Source: Chryseobacterium sp. (GTDB taxonomy: Bacteria > Bacteroidota > Bacteroidia > Flavobacteriales > Weeksellaceae). From it: DNA of 64,000 nt. Under the pieces are notes generated by a model, which saw nothing but the letters and a program-made list of their open reading frames with translations, was not told where the DNA came from and ran no database searches. The position numbers were made by a program, and so were the translations under genes. The stretch lies in assembly GCF_031286615.1 (NCBI RefSeq), contig NZ_JAITUA010000008.1; one strand, 5' to 3'. How positions within the stretch are numbered: position 1 is the stretch's first letter; the number at the start of each line of letters is the position of its first letter. Positions 52,637-62,955 of the stretch are shown piece by piece.

Positions 52637-53503
52637 ATGAAAGTAAGGGAAGAAAAACTGAAACAGATTATTCATTGGGCTGAAAACAACCCTGATATCC
52701 GTGCTGTGCTTCTGACCAGTTCACTGGTAAACCCTTATGCTCCCGTAGATGATTTTAGTGATCTTGACGTAGAACTTGTTTTTGAAAACAGGACATCTTA
52801 TGAATCCGGAAATGAATGGATCAGGCTTTTTGGTGATCCTATTTCCATGATTGAAGAGGATGACAGTGTTTTTGAGAGAAAACATGCCATGAAAATGGTT
52901 TTGTATAAAGACCATGTGAAAGTTGACTTTAAGCTCTATCAGGTATCTGAATTTATTGAAGAAATCAATGAAGAACCCCTTCCCGAAGATTGGGATGTAG
53001 GATATCAGGTTTTAATAGATAAAGATCATCTGACAGAAAATATGAAACCGCCCACGTATCAGTCTGTCATGATCCATCAGCCTGCGGAAAAAGAATTTCA
53101 ACAGCTGTTCAATGATTTCTGGTGGGATACAACCTATGTAGCAAAATGTCTTAAACGCGGGGATATTTTTTATGCCAAATTTATGTCTGAAAATGTCCTG
53201 CGTACAGATTATCTCGTTCCTTTGATTGAATGGTATATCGCCGAAAGTCATGATTGGAATACTATTACGACCAATAAACACGGAAGACTTTTCAAACAAT
53301 ATTTATCCTCAGACTTATGGAATAAAGTGGAAGCTACTTTTCCAGGAAATGATATTGAGGAAAACTGGAAAGCATTGCTTGCCTGTGCCGATCTGGTACA
53401 TGAACTGGGCACTTCTTTGGCCGAAAAACTTCATTTTATCTATCCGGTGAAACTGGAAGACGATATCCGGAATTATCTTACAGAAATACAATCAATACCT
53501 TGA
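52637..53503 (+). CDS. aminoglycoside 6-adenylyltransferase (ANT(6)/AadK)-like nucleotidyltransferase
   Basis: 'IRAVLLTSSLVNPYAPVDDFSDLDVELVF' matches the ANT(6) N-terminal nucleotidyltransferase motif. The length (288 aa) fits. Confidence 0.6.
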   Translation: MKVREEKLKQIIHWAENNPDIRAVLLTSSLVNPYAPVDDFSDLDVELVFENRTSYESGNEWIRLFGDPISMIEEDDSVFERKHAMKMVLYKDHVKVDFKLYQVSEFIEEINEEPLPEDWDVGYQVLIDKDHLTENMKPPTYQSVMIHQPAEKEFQQLFNDFWWDTTYVAKCLKRGDIFYAKFMSENVLRTDYLVPLIEWYIAESHDWNTITTNKHGRLFKQYLSSDLWNKVEATFPGNDIEENWKALLACADLVHELGTSLAEKLHFIYPVKLEDDIRNYLTEIQSIP

Positions 53504-53505
53504 TT

Positions 53506-55086
53506 TCAGACAAATTCATTCTGTTTGATGAGGTTTTCAATACAGTATTCTGCAATCGCAGTAATGGTAACAAACGGATTAACTCCAATGGTTCCGGGAA
53601 TTAATGATCCGTCCAGAACATACATATTTTCATGATTTTTTAATTTGCCATATTCATTGGTAGCTTCGCCCAAAACACACCCTCCAAGCGGATGATAACA
53701 GATATCAGCCCCAAAACCATTATTGAAAAGCAGGTGGCTTCTCGTACCGCCATTGGCTTTATTCATTTTCCGAATAAAATATTGGGCATTTTCTCTCATT
53801 TTAGCAGTATTGCTTTCGTTCCAGTTTAAGGTTAGGGATTGGCTGGCTTTATTGTACACAACTTCTCCCTTTTTATCAACTCTGTTAATCAGCAGATATA
53901 AAGCGGTAGCGACATCCATTCCCATTGGTAAAGGGGCAATCTCTGTAAAAAACGGGTGATCCGGATCATCCCAGTTGTCAATTCCACCTACCGGAATAGT
54001 AGATTGCTTGGCTCCTGTACCGCCAGATAAAGGTTTTACCCAGTTTCTTCCGGTCATAAAGTTTCCGTTATTTCCCCATTTTTTTCCGACCTTTTCATGA
54101 ACAGGGAAATTGTTTTCCGTATGAGATTGTAGCAGAAGCTGTAAAGTTCCCATTGTTCCTGCAGAAAGAATCAGCTTTTTACAGTTGAAAACTTTGTCAG
54201 CAACCGGAATTCCAGATGTATCAATCTGCTGAACATTTAATGTATAGCTTTTATCATCATTAAGTTTTATCGTTTGCACACGATGAAGATCAAGGATTTC
54301 TAAATTTCCCGTTTCCAGTGCTTTTCTGAGATAAGTTTTATCCAAACTGTTTTTTCCATAATTGTTGCCATAGATCACTTCGGTATTAAGAGCAGAACGG
54401 GGAACCTCATTCCGGAACTCTTTTTCCATATACTTAAAATCATACACATTCGGAACTCTCATGGTCTTAAAACCAGCTTTATGGGCCTCTTCTTCACCTA
54501 CCCATGTGAATTTATAATAAGGACAGTCCTTCAGAAACTGTTCATCAATTACATTTACCTTCAGTTCTTCCCGTACCAGAGGAAAGTAATGATCGTAAAA
54601 CTTTTCAGCATCAAGATCCGGAAAAACTTCCCTGAAATAGCTTTCTTTGGGAGTAACCGCCATACCTCCGTTCACAAGAGAACCTCCGCCAACGCCTCTT
54701 CCTACCCAGATATTGATATGTTCAAAATCCAGACGGTCTAATATTCCGGTAAAAGGAGTCAACGAAAAAATATTCATGAAAGGTGCAATGCTTTTCTTCT
54801 TCAGCCATGCAGAACTTTTCCCGGGTTTCAAAAGATTGGAAAACGGAATTCCTGCTTTTTCCCAGTTAAGACCCATTTCAAGCATCACTACTTTTTTTCC
54901 GGCTTCACAAAGGCGTAACGCAGATACAGCTCCTCCGTACCCGCTGCCAATGATCACAATCGGGACATCAGTATTTTCTGTTATCCGGCTGTTTTTTCTT
55001 TCTGCAGCCCGAAATAATTCAGATTGAAGAAAATAGAAACCTGATATCGCCAATGCACTGGTTCTGATGAAATTTTTTCTATCCAT
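53506..55086 (-). CDS. GMC-family FAD oxidoreductase (cholesterol-oxidase-like), Tat-type signal
   Basis: 'MDRKNFIRTSALA' and 'VIIGSGYGGAVSALRLCEAGKKVVMLEMG'. Confidence 0.8.
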   Translation of the reverse strand: MDRKNFIRTSALAISGFYFLQSELFRAAERKNSRITENTDVPIVIIGSGYGGAVSALRLCEAGKKVVMLEMGLNWEKAGIPFSNLLKPGKSSAWLKKKSIAPFMNIFSLTPFTGILDRLDFEHINIWVGRGVGGGSLVNGGMAVTPKESYFREVFPDLDAEKFYDHYFPLVREELKVNVIDEQFLKDCPYYKFTWVGEEEAHKAGFKTMRVPNVYDFKYMEKEFRNEVPRSALNTEVIYGNNYGKNSLDKTYLRKALETGNLEILDLHRVQTIKLNDDKSYTLNVQQIDTSGIPVADKVFNCKKLILSAGTMGTLQLLLQSHTENNFPVHEKVGKKWGNNGNFMTGRNWVKPLSGGTGAKQSTIPVGGIDNWDDPDHPFFTEIAPLPMGMDVATALYLLINRVDKKGEVVYNKASQSLTLNWNESNTAKMRENAQYFIRKMNKANGGTRSHLLFNNGFGADICYHPLGGCVLGEATNEYGKLKNHENMYVLDGSLIPGTIGVNPFVTITAIAEYCIENLIKQNEFV

Positions 55087-55217
55087 GAGCTTTGCTTTTC
55101 AAAAAGTATGCTACATCAGCCGGTACCTATTTTATTTAAAACAGATTATATTTTTTTATTAGAATTTTAACTTTTGTTGTTCCGGAAATTCATAGTTTTA
55201 CTTATAATTTTATATTC

Positions 55218-55835
55218 ATGAAAAAATATATAGTACTCTTTTTACTCCTTCCATTGTGGGCTTTTTCTCAGAAAGCAGTTTCAAAGGAAGAGAAAGATGT
55301 TCAGAAGTTTCAGAAAGAACTCAATGCTGAATATCTCAATTCAAAAGAGACTCCGTTAAGAGGAGATAATTTTAAAAACTTTAAAGGGCATCCTTTCTTT
55401 CCTTTTGATGCCAAATACAGAGTAACCGCTAAATTTGTTAAATCAAAAGATACACAACCCTTTGAACTTCCCACTTCTTCAGGGAAAACAAAAACATATC
55501 AGGAGTACGGAAAAGCCACATTTATGCTGGACAATAAACCCTATACGGTCACTTTATACCAAAGTCTGGCTTTAATTAAACAGGATAAATACAAAGACTA
55601 TCTTTTTCTTCCGTTCCGTGATGCTACCAATGAAAAAGAAACCTATGGAGGAGGGAAATATATGGATCTGAAGATTCCGAAAGGGAACACCATTGTGCTT
55701 GATTTTAATCAATCATATCATCCTTTCTGTGCTTATAATGCTTACGATTACAATTGTCCTATTGTTCCTGAGGAGAATAAACTTCCCGTAGAAATCCGTG
55801 CAGGAGTAATGTATGAAGATATATACCATCACTAA
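55218..55835 (+). CDS. DUF1684-domain protein
   Basis: Signal peptide. 'YGGGKYMDL' and 'NQSYHPFCAYNAYDYNCPIVPEENKLPVEIRAGV'. Confidence 0.7.
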   Translation: MKKYIVLFLLLPLWAFSQKAVSKEEKDVQKFQKELNAEYLNSKETPLRGDNFKNFKGHPFFPFDAKYRVTAKFVKSKDTQPFELPTSSGKTKTYQEYGKATFMLDNKPYTVTLYQSLALIKQDKYKDYLFLPFRDATNEKETYGGGKYMDLKIPKGNTIVLDFNQSYHPFCAYNAYDYNCPIVPEENKLPVEIRAGVMYEDIYHH

Positions 55836-55838
55836 GAT

Positions 55839-56312
55839 ATGATACATTTAGAATTCTACAAACCAGAAGATCTTTCCGGAGTCAGTTATGCTTTGGATGA
55901 AAACCAGATGCGTTTTACTGCGACAGCTCAACAGGCTTTGAAAAGTATCAGTGAACGGGATGATGACGACGCATTTCCGGTGACAATATTTGAAAATGAT
56001 CAGGTTGCAGGTTTTTTTGTACTTGATTTCGGAAAAGATAAATTTGAACTTACCGATGATGAAACATCAGTTTTATTACGTTCTTTATCGGTAAATCCCA
56101 AAATGCAGGGAAAAGGAATAGGAAAAATGGCTATGCTGGAGGTAGGGAATTTTGTAAAGAACCATTTCAGGGATTGTAAAGAAATCGTACTGGCCGTAAA
56201 CCAGAAAAATGATTCCGCTTACCATATTTATCTTCAGTCAGGATATATTTTTGAGGGTAAAACCAGAATTGGAAGAAGCGGCCCTCAATACCTGATGTAC
56301 AAAAAACTTTAA
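55839..56312 (+). CDS. GNAT-family N-acetyltransferase
   Basis: 'LSVNPKMQGKGIGKMAM' acetyl-CoA loop. Confidence 0.8.
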   Translation: MIHLEFYKPEDLSGVSYALDENQMRFTATAQQALKSISERDDDDAFPVTIFENDQVAGFFVLDFGKDKFELTDDETSVLLRSLSVNPKMQGKGIGKMAMLEVGNFVKNHFRDCKEIVLAVNQKNDSAYHIYLQSGYIFEGKTRIGRSGPQYLMYKKL

Positions 56313-56385
56313 TAAAATTTTAAAATCATAATTTTTTATCTGCTGATATCTTTCCATAACTTTGAGTAACATCAAATTACAAAAC

Positions 56386-57195
56386 ATGGAAATATCACTT
56401 CGAAATCAGGTAGCTGTAGTTACAGGTGCCTCCAGTGGAATAGGTTCAGGAATTGCAAAATCTTTAGCTGAAGCAGGAGCAACAGTCATTGTCAACCATT
56501 CTTCAGAAAGGTCTGCAGAAGAAGCCAAAGCTGTTTTAAAAGAAATTACCGATGCCGGAGGGAAAGGGATCACTTACGCATGTGATGTTTCTAAAGAAGA
56601 TCAGGTAATCAAAATGTTTCAGGATGTTGTTTCAGAATTTCAAACTGTAGATATTCTGGTGAATAATGCAGGGATTCAAAAGGATGCAAAATTCACTGAA
56701 ATGACAATAGACCAATGGAATGCTGTCATTGGTGTTAACCTGACAGGACAATTTCTGTGTGCCAGGGAAGCCATCAAAGAATTTTTACGGCGGGGAATAG
56801 ATCCTTCACGTTCTGTTGCCTGTGGAAAGATTATTCATATCAGTTCTGTACATGAAATTATTCCATGGGCCGGACATGCCAACTACGCATCAAGCAAAGG
56901 AGCCATCAGAATGTTGATGCAAACCCTTGCTCAGGAATATGGTGCAGCCAAAATCAGGGTCAATTCTATTTGTCCGGGAGCCATTCAGACTCCTATTAAC
57001 CAAAATGCATGGAGTACTCCTGAAGCACTCAATTCTCTTCTTACTCTTATTCCTTATAACAGAATCGGACAGCCGCAGGATATCGGGAATTTAGCCGCTT
57101 TTCTTGCCAGTGATCTTGCTGATTATATCACAGGAACCAGCATCTTCGTTGATGGTGGAATGACTACGTTTGAGAGTTTTTCCACAGGAGGTTAA
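56386..57195 (+). CDS. SDR-family oxidoreductase (glucose 1-dehydrogenase-like)
   Basis: Start trimmed to the ATG at 56386. 'VTGASSGIG', 'NNAG', 'YASSK' and 'PGAIQTP'. Confidence 0.9.
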   Translation: MEISLRNQVAVVTGASSGIGSGIAKSLAEAGATVIVNHSSERSAEEAKAVLKEITDAGGKGITYACDVSKEDQVIKMFQDVVSEFQTVDILVNNAGIQKDAKFTEMTIDQWNAVIGVNLTGQFLCAREAIKEFLRRGIDPSRSVACGKIIHISSVHEIIPWAGHANYASSKGAIRMLMQTLAQEYGAAKIRVNSICPGAIQTPINQNAWSTPEALNSLLTLIPYNRIGQPQDIGNLAAFLASDLADYITGTSIFVDGGMTTFESFSTGG

Positions 57196-57295
57196 GACGT
57201 TCAAGGTTTAAAGTTCAAGGTTTAGGGTTTAAAGTTTTGAGCTTATTGTCATCAATACATGAATACATTTTACAATTGTACAAAACATCTTATCT

Positions 57296-59965
57296 ATGTC
57301 AGAAAAACAGAGAATTTCAGATATTTCATGGAAAAAATGGGGCCCATATGTAAGTAACCGGGAGTGGGGGCTTGTTCGTGAAGACTACAGTGAAAACGGA
57401 GATGCCTGGAATTATACCAGCCATGATACAGCTGAAGCCAAAACATACCGTTGGGGCGAAGAAGGCATATGTGGAATCTGTGATGATCTTCAGAAACTGG
57501 TATTCTCTGTCGGATTCTGGAATAAAAAGGATAAAATGGTGAAAGAACGGTTCTTTGGACTGACCAATGGACAGGGAAATCACGGTGAAGATGTAAAGGA
57601 ATATTTTTATTATCTGGATTCTACACCTACGCATTCCTACATGAAAATGCTGTATAAATATCCGCAAAATATTTTCCCTTATGAAGATCTTGTAAAAACA
57701 AATGCTGCAAGAAGTAAGGATGAAACAGAATATGAACTGATTGATACCGGAATTTTTGATAATAATGAATACTTTGACATCTTCATTGAATATGCAAAAG
57801 AAAGTCAAAATGATATTCTTGTCAGGCTCACCATTATCAACAAATCTGAAAAAGAGGCTTCTCTTGTGATATTGCCTACGGTTTGGTTCAGGAATACCTG
57901 GAATTGGGGATATGATGATTATCAACCACAATTACATGCTGAAGATGCAGACCGCATTAAAGTAAATCATCGGGATATTGAAATTAAAAATGTGTATGCA
58001 AAACAATCGTTGAAGCCCCTGTTTTGTAACAATGAAACCAATAATGAAAGACTTTACCAGTCGCAAAACGGATCAAAGTTCTGTAAAGACGGGATCAATA
58101 ATTTTGTAATGACGGGTAATTCTCAATCTGTAAATCCAAAAAATGTAGGAACCAAAGCTTCTTTTTTTATTGATGAAGATTTTAAAGCCGGGGAATCCAG
58201 AATATTTGAATTCAGATTATCAGATAAAGATTTACGAGAGCCGTTCGGTGATTTTGATACCCTTTTTAATCAAAGACAGAAAGAAGCGGATGAATTTTAT
58301 GCCGAAATCCAGAAAGGAATCACTTCGGAAGATGAAAAACTCGTACAAAGACAGGCTTTTGCAGGAATGTTGTGGAATAAAATGTTTTACCACTACAATG
58401 TTGAAAAATGGCTGAAAGGAGATCCTGGTGAAATGCTTCCTCCAAAGTCCCGGGAAAAAATAAGAAATTATGAATGGAAGCATCTTAATAACGAACATAT
58501 TATTTCCATGCCGGATAAATGGGAATATCCTTGGTATGCCACCTGGGATCTGGCGTTTCATACCATCAGTTTTTCCCTTATAGATCCGGATTTTGCAAAG
58601 CATCAGCTGAAGCTTTTCCTGTTTGAATGGTATATGCATCCCAACGGACAGCTTCCCGCTTACGAATGGAATCTCAGTGACGTGAATCCTCCGGTACATG
58701 CCTGGGCGGTTTTCAGAGTATTTAAAATTGATGAATATTTAAAAGATAAACCCGACCTGGAATTTCTGGAAAGTGCTTTCCAGAAACTATTGATGAACTT
58801 TACCTGGTGGGTGAATAAAAAAGATACCAACGGCAACAATATATTTGAAGGAGGTTTCTTAGGTCTTGATAATATTGGTGTTTTTGACCGGAATGCTGTT
58901 TTACCAAACGGAGAACAGCTGGAACAATCTGATGGGACAAGCTGGATGGCTATGTTCGCCCTGAATATGATGCGGATTGCTCTGGAGCTGGCACTTTATA
59001 ATAATGTGTACGAAGAGATGGCGATGAAGTTTTTTGAGCATTTTCTGTCAATTGCCAATTCACTGGATAATATGGGGGATGAAGAATTCAGTTTGTGGGA
59101 TGAACAAGATGAGTTTTTTTATGATGCCATAGCTTCTAATGACGGTACGCATATGTATTTAAGATTAAGGACCATCGTAGGGCTGATCCCGATGTTTGCC
59201 GTTGAGGTTATAGATGATGAAATGATTGAAAACCTTCCCAATTTTAAGAAAAGAATGAAGTGGGTATTGGATAATAAGCCGGAACTGGCTTCTCTGGTTT
59301 CAAGATGGGAAGTTAAGGGTCAGGATTCCAAGCACCTTTTGTCTTTGCTTCGCGGACACCGTTTGAAAAGATTGTTAAACAGAATGTTGAATCCGGAGGA
59401 GTTTTTGAGTGATTATGGCGTAAGAGCGCTATCAAAAGAATATGAAAATAATCCTTATACTTTAACTCTGAATGAAACGGATTATAGTGTGAAATATACT
59501 CCGGCAGAAAGTGACAGTGGACTGTTTGGAGGGAACAGCAACTGGCGCGGCCCGGTATGGTTTCCTATTAATTTTTTGATAATTGACAGCCTTCAACGGT
59601 TTTTCTTCTACTACAGTCCCGATTTTTTAGTGGAATATCCTACAGGAAGTGGAAACTATTCAAATCTGGATCAGATAGCAGATGCTTTAAATAAAAGGCT
59701 TGCAAAGATTTTCTTAAAGGATGAAAATGGAAAAAGACCGGTTCATGGACAGTATGAAAGATTTCAGACCGATCCGGATTTTAAAGATTATATCCTGTTC
59801 TACGAATATTTTCATGGGGATAACGGCCGTGGAGTAGGAGCTTCCCACCAGACAGGCTGGACCGGACTTATTGCCAAGATCCTGCAGCCAAGATTCTCCA
59901 AAAAAGAAATTGCAGAATCTGAAACTGAAATGCCTGAAGATGTTGAAAAGACAAAAGAATCATAA
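57296..59965 (+). CDS. GH63/MGH1-like glucosidase
   Basis: 889 aa. 'GGFLGLDNIGVFDR', 'EQSDGTSWMAM' and 'HQTGWTGLIA', recognised from memory of the family. Confidence 0.5.
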   Translation: MSEKQRISDISWKKWGPYVSNREWGLVREDYSENGDAWNYTSHDTAEAKTYRWGEEGICGICDDLQKLVFSVGFWNKKDKMVKERFFGLTNGQGNHGEDVKEYFYYLDSTPTHSYMKMLYKYPQNIFPYEDLVKTNAARSKDETEYELIDTGIFDNNEYFDIFIEYAKESQNDILVRLTIINKSEKEASLVILPTVWFRNTWNWGYDDYQPQLHAEDADRIKVNHRDIEIKNVYAKQSLKPLFCNNETNNERLYQSQNGSKFCKDGINNFVMTGNSQSVNPKNVGTKASFFIDEDFKAGESRIFEFRLSDKDLREPFGDFDTLFNQRQKEADEFYAEIQKGITSEDEKLVQRQAFAGMLWNKMFYHYNVEKWLKGDPGEMLPPKSREKIRNYEWKHLNNEHIISMPDKWEYPWYATWDLAFHTISFSLIDPDFAKHQLKLFLFEWYMHPNGQLPAYEWNLSDVNPPVHAWAVFRVFKIDEYLKDKPDLEFLESAFQKLLMNFTWWVNKKDTNGNNIFEGGFLGLDNIGVFDRNAVLPNGEQLEQSDGTSWMAMFALNMMRIALELALYNNVYEEMAMKFFEHFLSIANSLDNMGDEEFSLWDEQDEFFYDAIASNDGTHMYLRLRTIVGLIPMFAVEVIDDEMIENLPNFKKRMKWVLDNKPELASLVSRWEVKGQDSKHLLSLLRGHRLKRLLNRMLNPEEFLSDYGVRALSKEYENNPYTLTLNETDYSVKYTPAESDSGLFGGNSNWRGPVWFPINFLIIDSLQRFFFYYSPDFLVEYPTGSGNYSNLDQIADALNKRLAKIFLKDENGKRPVHGQYERFQTDPDFKDYILFYEYFHGDNGRGVGASHQTGWTGLIAKILQPRFSKKEIAESETEMPEDVEKTKES

Positions 59966-59991
59966 AAGAATTCTGGCAATCAGGAATTGAT

Positions 59992-60678
59992 CTATTCAAA
60001 TATCTGCTGGATAATTTCCAGTGAAGCAGGTGTTTTGAAGTCTGTGATATGATAATGGTAGTACACCAGAAGGCTGTCCAGGAATTCCTTTCTTAATGAA
60101 GAATGGATTTTTGTAGCATATAGATTTTCGGCACAGAGTGCTTCTTTCCATAATGTGGAAATTTCTTCATTGAATTGCTGATGACAGATCACCAGGGAAA
60201 AAGTTCCGGTTTCCGGATCTAAAAATTTACCTTCACCCAACAATGGAGCAACCCCCTGAATTTTTAAAACAGCCAGTAAAAAAAGCAGATGTGCCTGATA
60301 ATTTTTGTTCGTCAGTTCATTGATAAAATGATTAATGCCGGCATAGATAGGAATATTTTTATCCTCATATTTAAGGATATGACTCAAAAAATCTGAAATG
60401 AAGAAAATAACGGTATTGACTTTTATATCTGTATAAATGTCGTTATTTTTTACCAGTTCAAACTTTGAAACAGTCGGTATACCATTGCCACGAAGCGGAT
60501 TTATTGAAAAATTCAGCTGACTCAATGGCTGCAGCAGGGCTTTCTTTTTGTTCTTCTTAGAATAAATTCCTTTTAGAAAATAGCTTTGAAAACCCTCTTC
60601 TTCAGTAAAACAATGCAGTACTGCATCGTTTTCTCCATATTTTATAAACGAAAGTAAAAAACCGTTTTGTGAATTCAT
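59992..60678 (-). CDS. recO: DNA repair protein RecO
   Basis: 228 aa. The N-terminal OB-fold pattern 'GFLLSFIKYGENDAVLHCFTEEEG' is typical of flavobacterial RecO. Confidence 0.7.
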   Translation of the reverse strand: MNSQNGFLLSFIKYGENDAVLHCFTEEEGFQSYFLKGIYSKKNKKKALLQPLSQLNFSINPLRGNGIPTVSKFELVKNNDIYTDIKVNTVIFFISDFLSHILKYEDKNIPIYAGINHFINELTNKNYQAHLLFLLAVLKIQGVAPLLGEGKFLDPETGTFSLVICHQQFNEEISTLWKEALCAENLYATKIHSSLRKEFLDSLLVYYHYHITDFKTPASLEIIQQIFE

Positions 60679-60681
60679 TAA

Positions 60682-62946
60682 TTAATTGACTACTCCTATT
60701 TTGGCTGTAGCTTTATCAGACCCATCTTCATTGGTCATCAGAACAAAATACATTCCTGATGCTACTCTTACTCCTTTCTGATTATTAAGATCCCATTCAT
60801 AATAACCTCCTCTTGCTACTGCAGAGTGTACCACATTTCCTGCTGCATCTACAATTCTTATATTGGTTTTTTCTGCAAGACCTTTAAGGGTCACTTTTCC
60901 TTTAAAATTAGAATATACAACAGGGTTAGGATATACCACAACATCACCGAAATTGGAAGTTACATCAGCAACATCACCCTGATAGGTTACAATACCATTA
61001 TACGTTACAAAATATACTTTCCCGGTTTTCTTATCAACTTTTATATCTGTAACACTATTGGTAGGAAGTGGCGAATTTTCCTGAGTAAAATGTTTTATTG
61101 TTTTCTGGCCGTCAGCAGAAAGGTAATATACACCACCACCATCAATGGAAACCCACTTATAATTTCCTTCGTCTACTGCAATCTGAAGAATAGCTGATTC
61201 TCTAAAAAGCTCTTCACCAAGTCCGTTTTGTTCTATTATTATAGGTTCTACTTCAGGCTGTGGAGTTTTTATTTCAGACGCAGCGTTAGACATAATCCTT
61301 AAACCTCCATCTGTACCGATCCATGCATCTCCGGATTTATCAAATGCTACCGATAAGATTCCTCCTGAACTGTTAAATCCATTAGCAGAACCCAGGATAT
61401 AATCTGTGTCATCAGAAAGATTGGTCGCATTTTTATAGTCATATACCCAGAAATTATTAGATCTAGGCAGTGGAGTCCATAACATATTTTCATGGTAAAC
61501 AGTCTTTTGTATACCATCACTGGCAAGAACGATTTTCTTTATAAGAAAGTCATCAGAAGCTTTGTCATAGATTCCTATGGAAGGATTTCCGTCGTTAAAT
61601 CCAAAAGAGACAAAAAGATTATTCTGAGTATCTGTAGCAAATCCTACAGGACGTCTAAGGTAAGGCTGCGCTCCTAGATTGTAATATTTTACCAGTTCAA
61701 AATCTTTGCTTGTTGCATTGTATTTCATTTTATACACCCCATTATCCAACATTGTATAATTGGTAAAAAGTACTTCATTACTGTTATAAGGGCTTATAAT
61801 AGCATCTAATACGTTGACAAAGATTGGACGGTTTGGATTACTTTTATTGAAAAATGAAGGATAAATCCATTCTGTACCGTTGAAATAATAAAATCCCGGT
61901 TCCTGTGGCTGAATAAAAGGATGGTTATATCTATTTGCTCTGGCACCGGAAGAAACCAGAATCTGGTTATTATCAAAAAGATTAATATTATATGCAAAAT
62001 TGAAATAAGGACCTGATGGCTTAAAAGTATTGTTACTTTCATCCTTTATTCCTGATAATACGGTTCCTCCAAAGATTTTTCCACCAGCTGTTATTGCAGT
62101 GTTGCATTCTTCTCCAAGGCTTATTGCATTTTGTGCTACTCCGTTTGTTCCGTAGGTATATACCCGGTTGTCAGTAACAATAATATTATTGGATGTAATA
62201 ACGAGGTCACGGATATTTTCGAAACTTGTAGGAAGTTGTGTCGGAGTTCCGTTGTTATAAAAATAGGCAGCTGTAGCTGATGAATATACCAACTCAGATT
62301 CTGAATCTATATGTTTGAATGCGCCGGGAGCTTCCGTGGTCCATGTAGAATATACAGGAAAGGTAGTATTCATCTGATGGCTTTTCAATCCTGTATCTGT
62401 TACTGAATATACCTTATTCCCGAATATGGTGGCTTCATTACTTGCTTGATAAACGCCTCCGCTCAGGAAAAACGTAGAATCTCCGAACTCTTTATTGTTC
62501 AGATTAAATATGGAAAGTCCATAGCCTACAGAAATAACAGCCTGATTTCCTGTTATGGAAATATGATTGATTTTTTTATTTCCGTTATAGCCGGTCGCAA
62601 TAGGAATATCAACAATATATTTTATTTCCTGTGGAGTGATAACATCCATGGAGCCGTTTTCATACCCAATAAGTCCTGTTTTGGTCTGTGGGTTGTAATC
62701 GAAGGCTGTTATACCAATATTATGCAGACCATTGGCTTTGGACAACTTCGTAATTTCTCCTGTTGATATTGTATAATAGAATATTCCGTTTTCTGTAGCT
62801 GCAATGATTTTCCCATTGTCTTCTTTCATAGCTAAGACTTTGTTGTAGGAAAATAAATCTGCCCATTTTTTTGATGAAATGACCTGAGCTTTTGTAAACT
62901 GCAGGGATGCTAAAATACCAAGAGAAATTAAAGAGAGTTTTTTCAT
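60682..62946 (-). CDS. beta-propeller protein with a T9SS C-terminal sorting domain (PorZ-like)
   Basis: Signal peptide. Repeated propeller-like blades. The C-terminal 'VVYPNPV...GMYFVLMTNEDG...AKIGVVN' is a T9SS CTD. Confidence 0.5.
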   Translation of the reverse strand: MKKLSLISLGILASLQFTKAQVISSKKWADLFSYNKVLAMKEDNGKIIAATENGIFYYTISTGEITKLSKANGLHNIGITAFDYNPQTKTGLIGYENGSMDVITPQEIKYIVDIPIATGYNGNKKINHISITGNQAVISVGYGLSIFNLNNKEFGDSTFFLSGGVYQASNEATIFGNKVYSVTDTGLKSHQMNTTFPVYSTWTTEAPGAFKHIDSESELVYSSATAAYFYNNGTPTQLPTSFENIRDLVITSNNIIVTDNRVYTYGTNGVAQNAISLGEECNTAITAGGKIFGGTVLSGIKDESNNTFKPSGPYFNFAYNINLFDNNQILVSSGARANRYNHPFIQPQEPGFYYFNGTEWIYPSFFNKSNPNRPIFVNVLDAIISPYNSNEVLFTNYTMLDNGVYKMKYNATSKDFELVKYYNLGAQPYLRRPVGFATDTQNNLFVSFGFNDGNPSIGIYDKASDDFLIKKIVLASDGIQKTVYHENMLWTPLPRSNNFWVYDYKNATNLSDDTDYILGSANGFNSSGGILSVAFDKSGDAWIGTDGGLRIMSNAASEIKTPQPEVEPIIIEQNGLGEELFRESAILQIAVDEGNYKWVSIDGGGVYYLSADGQKTIKHFTQENSPLPTNSVTDIKVDKKTGKVYFVTYNGIVTYQGDVADVTSNFGDVVVYPNPVVYSNFKGKVTLKGLAEKTNIRIVDAAGNVVHSAVARGGYYEWDLNNQKGVRVASGMYFVLMTNEDGSDKATAKIGVVN

Positions 62947-62955
62947 ATTATGCGG

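Noticed and set aside
57326-58699. Long antisense ORFs 57326-57931(-) and 58232-58699(-).
   Set aside because: They lie inside the 889-aa glucosidase gene on the opposite strand. Their composition is typical of AT-rich antisense frames.
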